Shown here: piece after piece, positions 52,881-64,000 of the stretch
How positions within the stretch are numbered: position 1 is the stretch's first letter
Layout of the letters: each line of letters starts with the position of its first letter
NCBI GenBank assembly: GCA_016748015.1
Contig: JAAOMT010000697.1
Coordinates: forward strand, 752,868 to 816,867
Length of the DNA: 64,000 bases
DNA from: Geosiphon pyriformis uo1
Taxonomy: Eukaryota > Fungi > Glomeromycota
Direction of reading: 5' to 3'
Translations under genes and position numbers: made by a program
Notes under the pieces: generated by a model
What the model saw: only the letters and a program-made list of their open reading frames with translations
Databases searched by the model: none
What the model was told of the DNA's origin: nothing

Positions 52881-55800
52881 ATGCCGACCCCACGAAATCG
52901 TCAAAGAATAAACCGTTCTTCGTCTGCACCAATGCCTCCGGCTTCCTCTTCCTCGAGGCAAACTCCTACTCGGAATGAGGGTAACAGCCTCAATTCACCT
53001 GGGGGTGATAACAGCATCAGCACTCCATCAAACGCTAGTAATAACGATCTACCCATGCAAATGACTCCCCCTGGACGTTCTATGAACCATTCAAGTTTTC
53101 GTAATTCTACTCAAATAGATCCACTTGCTACACCTTCTTATCTTCTAAGACCGGATGCTTCAGTCTCTCCTGGGACGTACGCTACTCCACCTCCCTCTCT
53201 GAGATATCTTGAAGATTTAAAAAACAATAGCTTTCATACAAATTCCACCAAGGACTCTACTAGGCTTCTTCCTTTTGGGTCCCCATTTTACAGCAGTAAC
53301 AGAGATAGTATTGGCAATTTATTTAGTAATTATCATGTGGAACCGAAAATGGAGGACAGAATGCGCTACTGGCGGAATTCTGCTCTTCAAAGTCATATGT
53401 TTGATTCAGCGGCTTTTTGGGGAAATAAATTGACGAGCATGTCTGGTATTTTAAATTGTGATCAAATATTCGGATTATCCTTGGAAACATTTCAATAAAA
53501 AACATTAAATTTTAGGAACCGAGGACGATATATACTGGTTAGCACAAACATATTTCATGATGGGACAATTTGCCAGGGCACACAGATTACTTTGGAATTT
53601 AATAGAATCAAGCGTTGCTTGTCGAATTCTTGCCGCAGAGTGTTGTGTTAGTAAAGAAGGACTCTATTTTGCTCAAAATTTGCAAAGAACCATAAATTTG
53701 CGTTTCATTCAGCTGATGAGCTCTCGTCCATATGCATGTATACAGATCAAATTAGAGAAATATCAAGAAGTTTTTGATATTTTATGCGAAGAACACCCCC
53801 AAGGTATATTTATTTCTACCATTTTTTATGGTACAACAATCTGATCGGAGGTACTGCACATGTATTCTTGATCCCACCAATCAAAAAAAAGACATTTCAC
53901 AACCTTCCGTTACCAAATAGATATTTGTATTGAACATGGTTCGTTTTTTTAGGACTTGAAGGTGCTGTGCATAATCCTGATGGTCATATAAAAGTGAGAA
54001 AGTTTGCTATCTTTTACGTGCTTTTTCAGAGTTAAAAATCTCATTAAACAACAATCAACTTCATTTTAATAAGATGGAGTCATACATGTGCTATCTTCGC
54101 GGAGTCGCATATGCCCAACAAGCCAATCTTGATTACGCGAAGAAAAATTACAAACAATCATTGGTTCTTGATGTGCGATGCTTTGAGGTACAAAAGCTCC
54201 AGATATTCCCAAATTAAATCAATTTCAAGAACTCGGCTGATTTCTTTTGAATTTCAGGCATTCAATGCGTTAATTGCGAATCATATGATGACGAATAAAG
54301 AAGGTTACTGAACATATACCACTGTATTCTTTTTGTGGGTTTACTTTTCTCGATTGAATTGATCCAAAGAGACAACTTACCCCTTTTTATTGAAAGCCTG
54401 TGAATTCAAATATTGCTAAAAAAATATTCATTCACAGAATGGGATTTCATAAATTCACTTGACTTCGACTCTCAATGCGGAAAAGAAGACGGAAAATTCA
54501 TAAAATTGAATTATCTATCAATGCTGAAAAAGGTGAATCTCCAAAGGTTACATATATATCCATCGCTTGATCTAAATGAGATTTTGATGCTTGCCTATTT
54601 ATTATCTTTTAAGCACGAACATATAAAAGAAATTGAGGAAGCTCGAGAACAACTCCAAACTACCTATTCATTAGCCAACAATGCAGACGTAATGCTGAGT
54701 CGGGCAGAGCAACTATATGCCCAGTGTCAGTTTAAGGATTGCCTTGAGATGACAACAAAGTATGCAGCAGAACCAAGAAATCGATTTTTTAAATTCAACA
54801 TATTTTAAAATCCGATCAATCTTTCTTTAATACCAGAATTCTGGATATGGATACCCACAACCAAGCTTGCCTACCTATTCACATTGTCTGCCTCCATGAA
54901 TTACGCGAGAAAAACAAACTTTTCCTGCTATCGCATGAGCTCGTGGAACATTACCCCGATGCAGCTGTCACTTGGTTTGGGGTCGGTTGTTATTACTATC
55001 TCATTAGTCAAAACGACGAAGCGCGGCGGTATTTTAGGTATGTTCATTTAATGTATAGCGAATGATATCCTTTTATTTTTGAAAAACTTGGAAAATTTAG
55101 AATGTTCATTAAATAAAAAATCCTTTGATATAGCAAGGCAACTAATATGGATTCGCGTTGTGGAGCTGCATGGGTAGGGTTTGGACATTCTTTTGCCGTA
55201 GAATCCGAGCACGACCAGGCTATCACTGCTTATTCTACTGCTGCGAGATTGTTCCAAGGGTAATGATATCAATTATTTATGTTTACTCTTTACTTTGAAA
55301 TTTACAAGTATATTCATACAAAATTTTTGGAATTAAAGATCACATCTGCCTTCATTATTTATCGGAATGCAACATCTTTTGGCCAACAATTTTGTTGCTG
55401 CGGAAGAATATTTGTTCACTTCAGTACAAATATGTGGAGGTGATCCACTTGCTCTGAATGAACTAGGAGTTTTATGTTATCATAAAAATCAGTAAGCATG
55501 TGATTTTCTTCCCCTCGAGACATGATATGTTTCACGGTCTAAGCTTAATATTATTGAAATTTTTAGGTTAAATGAAGCAATTTCATATTTTGAACAAGCC
55601 CTTGAATTGGTTGAGGCCACAAAATCTCGTGCTCATGTATGGGAGACAACTTGGATGAATCTTGGTCACGCATATCGCAAAATGGCGTAAGCTAGATACC
55701 AGTCTGTCTTCATTTCCGCTATACCAGCCAAAGATAAGCCTATTTTCCCCATCTAATCTCTTCTCTTCTTCAAGCAAACTTGATATGGCAGAATCATATT

Positions 55801-56168
55801 TTCAAAAAGTATCTGCCATGTCACCTCCAAACGCCAGTGCTCTTTCGGCTATTGGATACATTTACCACATAAAGGAAAATTATCCTCAAGCGGCGATCTA
55901 TTATCACGAGGTAAGTTAAGTTCATGCGTCCAAAAACTTGGCTTTTCAATCATATTACTTTTTCCAAATACAGGCCTTGGGAATTAGACCCTCTGACCCA
56001 ATAACGCAAGATTTGCTCGGGAAATGTCTTGAAAGTATGGTTAAAACTAGGTCCTCTTCATTAGGTGAGTTCCTAGTGATTAGTTGAGTCCTCATCTTCT
56101 ACTATATACTGTATTTATATTATTTCTAATAAGATCAACAAGAGAATATCGGTGTCTTAAGGTTCTGA
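52881..56168 (+). CDS. CDC16: Anaphase-promoting complex subunit 6 (Cdc16/Cut9), TPR protein, multi-exon
   Basis: RYWRNSALQSHMFDSAAFWGNK, LVLDVRCFE|AFNALI, WFGVGCYY..EARRYFSKA, AWVGFGHSFAVESEHDQAITAYSTAARLFQG|SHLP, NELGV and NLGHAYRK; last exon inferred. Confidence 0.93.
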
Positions 56169-57514
56169 TAACAGATAATGCTGGCTAGTCTGGTTTTAGA
56201 TTATATCAAATCCTTGTATAACTGTTTCGAATATTACCGAGAATTAGTATCAGCATAGGTAAGTTTGTATCTCAAATTAGTCTTTGCTGAAGGCTCACTC
56301 GACAATAGCTTAAAGACTTGAACTGGCCTAGGCGGGCCAAATTTTGGTCCAATCCATTTTCTTGTTCAGTTAGCTTAGTAATTATAAAAAATAACAGCTT
56401 TCCTATATTGTTTCATTTAAATATTTATTGTTTTGAATAGTTAAATATTCGAATTAAAAGATGAGATGTTGCAATAGTCATAAATTTGATTGAATGACTC
56501 AATATATTTTCACAATTATATTAGGTTGCAACGTCCAATTGCTTCCAAAATACCATGATTAACTATTACTTTACCAAAAAAATTCAAAAATTTTTTAAAT
56601 ATTTATATATTGTATGTTAAAATTAATGTTTATCTAATTTTTGGTTTTATAATTTATTTTATAACGGTAATTATTTATTGCTTAAATTTTAGAAACTTCT
56701 TTTGTAATGTGCTAACATACAACATACAATAAATGTGGCTCATGGGCTTTCTGCACGTGACCAACCCGAAAACTTCTTTTTATAATTATAATTATAAAAA
56801 TATTTTATATACTATAAAAATGTTTTAATTAAAAATATACGATAATATTTTAATTTATATAAATAAATAAATAATTTTTTATTATTTTATAATTTTGATA
56901 ATTTAATTAAAATCATTATTTTTTATTATGTTTTATCTGTTAAATAAACAAATTTGCTTGCAAATTCAAATTTTTAATAATAGCTAAAAAACAAAATACT
57001 TTTTTTAAAAAAGGTATTGATTACAAAAATTTAAATTATATATAATTTAATTATAATTAATTATAATTATTATTATTGCTTTAATTAAGTAATCTAACTA
57101 TTATTTAAATTTATATAACAGAAAATATTACATATTAAGCACAATTTACATACTTTTTACATATAATTAATTATTTAAACTTATATTAAAACTATATTAA
57201 CTAGCCAAATTAACAAACTTTTACATATATTTTATAAATTATATAAATTATATTTGTATTATTTTTAAATTAAAAGTAATTAACAAATAAAAACAGTTTT
57301 AAATATATTATAAATTTTAAAATTAATAACAATATATTATTACAACCAATAAGTTTTAATTTAATACCAAAAACATTTTTAATGTTATTAAAAATATATA
57401 TTTAAAATATATTATAAAAAATTAAATTTTTTTTTAAAATTGTAAACTTAATTTTAATAATAGTATTTAAGAATTAAAATATAAAAAACTTATTATTATT
57501 ATTTTATTTTATTT

Positions 57515-59830
57515 TTTTTATTAATAAGTATAGCTTAATTACTATCTAATATACAGAAACAAACCAAGTAATTATAATTACATGTAATTTATATACTTAC
57601 TATATGTAACTAATTATTTAGATTAATTAAGACAATATTATATACTTATATAAATATTAGTATTAATATTTAGACCAGAAAAAAACAAACAAGCCTTGTA
57701 TAAACCAAAACCAATAGTTAATAATTTAATAACACTAAGCAAATAAATTACTTTATCTAATAGAACACCAAACAACTTACATGAAACATATAATAAAATT
57801 TTTGTATTACCAACCAGACTATTTTTTTTATATTTGCTCTAAATTTAGATTAAAACAGTTATAACACATTATAATATTTCTTAGCCAAACAACAAATAAA
57901 ATCAATTATAACCAAAACTGTCTTTTTCTTATTACTAAAAACCAGAATTATTTTGTCAATCCAATTCTTAAAAACAAAATTTTTATATAAGATTACATAA
58001 ATATTAATGTTTAATATATACAATAAAAAAAGTATGTTTTTATCAAAAACTTCCACAATTTAGCAAATTTTAGCAGAACTTCAGATTGTACAAAAACATT
58101 TTTTAAATAAGTAAAAACATAATCTAACAATTTGATATTATTATACATCAAACATAAAACATTTAGATAATTTTTGTTATAAAGCTAACTATAATTAGCA
58201 ATTTTTTATGAACTGTTTTTATTAAATATGTATAAAATACAGCTAAAGTCTTACTTATAAATTTCGAAAGCATATAAAAATTTGAATGCCAAATCATAAC
58301 AGTACAAATTTAGTCTATTTTACAAACAAATAATTTATTAACAACTCTTAAACTTAAACTCATTTTTTACCAAGCATAACAAAAAGTTTGATAGATATTA
58401 TAAATTAAATAACAAGTATTGTTTAAAACAACCAAACTATTAACTATAATAAATTTTTTACAAATACTAACAGAAAAAATTATACAAAATTATATTGTAT
58501 TGCTAATAAAAGCATTGGCTTAATTATTACCAATATCTTTTAAGTGGCTCTTAATCTTTACTTATTATACAAAAATGTTTTTAAACTTAATTAAATTAGC
58601 CACATAATATTTTTTTATCCAATATTTGTTTCGAAAATCTGATAAATATTGTTTGAGCTCCAAAATACATGTATTTATAATAATTTGACTGTCTATATAT
58701 AAGACTATTAAACAAAACAAAAAAATATATTTTAAAGCTAAAACAATAGTCTGTAATTTATTTATTGTCAAAAACAACAAATCATATACTTTAACATATA
58801 TCTTTATGTTAATATCAGAAAAATAAGCTGCAATTTTACCAGTTATTTTTGTAGTATTCAACTTTTTTAGTAAACTATTAACATATATATTAATAGCTTT
58901 AGCTTATATTTTATATAAATGCTTTTAAACATCTGAAAATTTTTCTAAGCATAAAAAGTTCAAATAATCAGACTTAAAAACAGTTTTGTTATACTTAACA
59001 GAAGAACTGTTCATATAAACTGCAGTTTTTTTAAATTATAATAGTACTAAGTCTCTAAGACTTAATTTTTTTTAATAATAAAAAGTCTTTTAATTCATAA
59101 TTAATCCATATTTATCCAACAATTTGTTTTTAAAGACAATATTTAAATATCTCAAAAAATAAATTATGTCAAAATAATAAAAATTATTCAAGATTTTAGA
59201 CAAAGAAAAACAATTAAAAGACCTAAATATATTAAGTAAATTGTTTGTTATAAAAAACTTGGTCAAAAAATTTTTTATAAAATTTATTAAAAAATTGTTA
59301 ACTGGACTGATCTTTAATTTAACTGAATACTACAGTAATTTTATAAATGCTCATCTTAAAATTTGTAAATCTAAAAAGTAATATATAAACAATTAACTAA
59401 GGATACTTGTAGTATTAGTAAACACAACTACTAAAGCCACTTTGTTCTTTATTTGTACTTGTTTAAAAAACTTTAATTTATATAGCAATAGATAATACAA
59501 AGTCTTATTAAGAAAAATTTTCAGTAAATTGGCTTTAGATTTAAGTTTTTTCTTATTATCACATTTTATTTTTGATATATACTTTTGAACACAAAACTAA
59601 ATTATATGTAATAACCAATTATAAACTGTAAAATTGCTAAGACCAAATAAGAAAACTGTTTGTTTGGCAATGTTTTTTAAGAATTATATTTGAAAAAAAC
59701 CTAATATTTACATATGCTTTAACAAGATTTAACTTAGATATATTATTTGTTAACAAAAAAATACCCAAATACTTATAAAATTTGTCATATTTAGCAATAA
59801 AAATCAGCTAATTACTAATGTACAAAGCAA
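57515..59830 (-). mobile_element. Hypermutated LINE 3' half (post-RT region, RNase H, C-terminus, 3' UTR)
   Basis: ORF 58565-58861 (KLQTIVLALK..LYIDSQ..DFRNKYWIK) is a mutated RNase H; 3' UTR relic at 57520-57640. Confidence 0.8.
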
Positions 59831-59919
59831 TATTCACAATTTTTTGGTTAATAAAAATTATTACTGTTTTGTTATTATTAATAAAAATATTATTAATACT
59901 AAAAAACTCTGTAACAATA

Positions 59920-62900
59920 TTATTATTATTTTTTATTATTATGAATTTTACAAGTGAAGTCCAACCACTATTTAGTACATAAAATTAAACTAAGTAGATT
60001 AAACTAAATGCAGCTTACATACTGACTACATGTGGCCAGCCACTCAGACCAGACAAAACTACACTACATATCTATACTAATAAAAGCATCACCACCCAAA
60101 TCTGAAAAAAATTGACACAATTTGCGTTTACTAAACCCAACAGCAAAAGATTTCATAATGCCAAGCATATAGACAATCCCAATTGACAACATAGACATTA
60201 TACTGTGAAACAAGCCAAAAACCACATTAGTATTCCCAACTAAGCCAGTCTTCTTCATATTAATTCTATGCTTGGCTCTGGCAGCCCATATTCTAGCATA
60301 ATACAACCCTGTTACAAATCTAACAAACTCCATAAGAGCCAGAGTAGTACTACCTTTCCTCTCAAAATTCAAAGCAGCTTTAGTATACCAATCTCTCATT
60401 ACAAAACCTTTGCAAACAGCAGTATACAGACTTCCATCCAAAGAACATGCCGCAAGCAAGCACAAAATAGTGGAATTAAACAAACATGAAAGACTAAACA
60501 ATGACACCCATTTTGCAGCAGTCTCAACCAAAATGTTTTTATGGAGACCATAGTTGCCATAACAAGTAAAATCATGATCTGAAAGCTCTACCTCACCACA
60601 TAGCAAGCATAACATCCCAGGATAACTTCTGTCACACAATTTTTTTTTAATTACAACCAGTAGTTTTCTATAAACTGCTTTTATCAAATAAGTATGCAAA
60701 TTGGCCAAATTTTTGCTAGTAAACTCTGAAAACATGTGTGAATTAGGGTGCCAAACCATCATGGTATGCCCCCAATCTATCTTTTCAATCATAGTACTTG
60801 GAACTATGTCAAAACCAGGACCAGTCTCCCAATAGGCACAGTAAATTAATTAGTGTAGATCATAAACAAAATGATGAGTATTGTCAGACACAACATTTTT
60901 TTTAGCAACCAAAAACTTCTTCTGAATTTTAACTGGCAAAGAAAAGAAAGAAGAAGTAGCAACACTTATCAGTGCATCAGCCTTAATATTACCAGACACA
61001 CTTGAATAACTCTTAACTTTCACTCACTTAATTGAAATATTTTTAAACTTAAGGAAATTAACTATCTGCAATCTTTCAATCCAACATTGGTTATGGAAGT
61101 CAGACATAAATAAAGAGGCTTCAGATATACAGGCATTAATTGCCAATTGGCTATTTGAATACAAAACCACAGAGCAAGAAGATAAAACACACTCCAAGGC
61201 CAAAGCTATAGCCTACAGTTTAGTTAAAGTAGAGGACAAAAGCCCAGCCACCCTAACCCCAATACCCATGTCTGCAGCCAAAAAGTATACAGCTGCTCTA
61301 TCTGTTACTTTAACAGAACCAACACCTTTTAGAAACCCATCCATGTAGACTTCAATGCAATCAGACCATACCTCCAACAAACTATCATGAACAAAAAAAA
61401 ACTTTTCAGAGATCAGAACATTCATCACATTTTTCCCAAGGACAGCAACAGTCTCGACTTTTGAAAAAGCAGAATTGCTCATAAAATCAGATGCCAATAT
61501 GAACTAATAAGGTACAAGGCCTCTTGGATCCAAACACTTCTACTGCCAAAATGTTTTTCAGTCCATTATTTTTCTTTTTTTGTCAAAAAGTCTGTTACCA
61601 AATACAATACTGAACTGTTTCAATAAAAAAACTGATTTATAGTACAAAAACTGGTTCAAAATACCAGACATTGGGAAAATACCAGGCTCATGAAAGGCAC
61701 AAAGCAGATTGTTTGCTAATGATAACTCATTTGCCAAAAAAATTCTCACTACTCTCACCAAAAAATTATTTACAGGGTTAACACATAACCTAATAGAAAA
61801 TTGCAGAGAGCTCAGAGGAGACCAACCCAATACTTGTAAATCCAGAAATCTATGATCAAACAAACATCTGAAAATGTCACGGCTATTGAAAAACAAAATT
61901 AAAGACACCAGCTTTCCCTTAGACTGCATCTGCTCAAAGGGCTTTAAACCATACAAAGATAGGTGATACAAAACCTCACTAGAGAAGTCACATGATAAAC
62001 CAGCTTTGGTCTTAAGACCCTTCCTAATTATCATGTCTCACTTACAACACATGCCCAAAGAAATGAAACTAAACTGTGTGCAATAGCTAATAATTGGCTG
62101 CAAAACTACTAAAACCAAGTAACAATATTGTTTATCTGTGATAGCTTTCCTCAACACTATATTAAAAAAAAACCTGACATTTTTATGAGCTTGAGCCAAA
62201 CTGAATATAGAGAGATCTTCAGTCAATAAAAAAATACCCAGATATCAGTATGATTCACTCTTTTTAGCAATCAAAATTGACAAGCCATTAATCAGCAGTG
62301 AAGCATTCTTAACACCTTGATTAATGAGAATAGCTACTATCTTGTCATTATTTATTAAAATGTTATTGACCACAAAAAACTCACTAGCAATGTTCAAAAT
62401 ATACTGTGTAGAAGCCTAACAGCTCCCAACCCAAATTGTATTATCTACAAAGACACCAACACCCAAAAAAAAAGTTTTTCCTTCAGTTAATTCAATTTTG
62501 CCAGATTTTGCCACAAACTTAGTATCTATTCTGTATCCATACAAGTGCTCATATCTTTTTACCTCACACAAAAGTGGATCATAAAAAATCTTCCAAAGTA
62601 GTGAAGAAAAAACTTCACTTTGGTCCAACTCATCATGCATCTTATAATCTACTGTGAGCCCAAAGTTAATCATTACTCTGTTAACCCTATTTTTATGAAT
62701 GCTGCCAAAAAACTGGATGAACCACTTACACATTTTGATGTAATACAAGCTTGTCTGCAAATAATGCCAGCCTACCAAATCATAAGCTTTGCACATATCC
62801 TACAACATCAACTAAAGTTCTCTATTCTTTTCTATGGCATTCTCAACAACAAAACCAATTGCAAAGATAAGAGACTAGATAGAAATACCCTTCAATACCA

Positions 62901-64000
62901 AAAAATTATCACCACAAAGAACATCAAATTTGCTACAAGCCAAAGATATTTGGTTGGAAAGAATCTTAGATAAAATTTTACATGCAGTATTAATTAATGC
63001 AATAGGCCTAGTATTTGTCAAAACACCATTTCATTCATAAGACTTTGAGATCATCAAAACTCATGCTCTTTTTCAGGCAGCTGGAACTGTGTCCAAACTT
63101 AAACACAAATTCAGCAGCTCCAAAAAACAGACTAACATCTTCCCACCACAATGTTTCCAAAGTTCATTAAGTATTCCAGACAAACCAGTTGTTTTACTAT
63201 TAGGCAAGCCATCAATAACCAAAAACAATTCTGCTATAGCAATCACTTTCATTATATTGGAGAAGACATCATCATCTACATAATCCAGAGACATGTATTG
63301 ATGAGACTACAGATCAGGCATCTTGGGGAGCACTGACCACATCTTTGTCTATCTTTCTATAATCTTGTCAATTTTAAGTTTTACTTTCTTAGGTTCTACT
63401 ATCATCACATTGTCTACCATTAAATAATCCAAAACCACCTTGTAAAATGAGCATTCCAAAATGCTCTTAATCATCTAATCTTTGTCAAAACAGAAGTTCT
63501 CCATATGCTGGTTAATACCCTTCCTAATATTAGCATCTTCAGCCAATTTAGACTCAAAATACTTAGACTTCCAATATTTCTTCTTTACTATTGACAAATG
63601 TCTAACTAAATCACTCAAACCAACACTATTTGAAATTATGCCAACAATCTTAGATGCTTCAATACCATTAATAGATGTTCAAACCTTAATAAGATGATTA
63701 AAATTTAGAATTCCAACATTCCACAATCTTAGTAATAAGCAGCTTTAGCTTATGAAATTTTGATGATTGTTTGTTTCTTGAACAATCATATACACTATAC
63801 CAGCTCTTAAAAAACATCTCAGTTGCAGTTTGCACTACAGCACCCTCCAATAGACTTCACATTATATCCAAGTCACTAGTGTTTTTTGTGACCTCAAATT
63901 TGTTCAAACTGGCCAACAATACAGCAGAAAAACACTTTTTGAAATGCAACCACTGAACCTTATCAGCATTCTCCAATTTGAACTTCTATTGATCTCAGTT
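59920..64000 (-). mobile_element. LINE, 3' ~4 kb (RT, RNase H, C-terminus, 3' UTR); continues beyond the window
   Basis: KAYD, LDQSEVFS, FVDN, YMDG, WHPNSH and CLLC..HDFTC motifs. Confidence 0.93.

Noticed and set aside
55065-55133. U12-type signals (ATATCCTTT and TCCTTTGAT) in a Cdc16 intron
   Set aside because: The reading frame is satisfied by the ordinary GTATGT...TAG intron 55038-55133; the ATATCC motif is internal to it.
56735-56775. CTGCACGTGACCAACCC resembling the LINE 3' UTR core
   Set aside because: Too short, with no flanking LINE homology visible.

Overview
This is AT-rich eukaryotic DNA, fungal and most like Glomeromycotina (possibly Geosiphon; taxon is inferred, not shown). 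Bases 1-26.7 kb are a nest of four degenerate Ty3/Gypsy LTR retrotransposons, called A1, B, A2 and C here. Pieced together across copies their layout is gag(CCHC)-protease-Cys-rich domain-dUTPase-linker-RT-RNaseH-integrase, followed by a conserved ~210-235 aa extra ORF3 in the env position. The rest of the window holds three intron-containing host genes on the + strand (Med13, SmD3, APC6/Cdc16), six LINE copies all on the - strand (one full length, with APE-RT-RNaseH), and extremely AT-rich tracts that are partly hypermutated TE relics. Repeat copies differ almost only by C>T/G>A transitions, mostly outside CpG, which suggests a RIP-like process. The main candidates for novelty are the accessory-gene-bearing Gypsy lineage, the transition-only hypermutation, a conserved structured LINE 3' UTR, and a structured U1-like stretch in a Med13 intron. 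All alignments and translations were done by eye.
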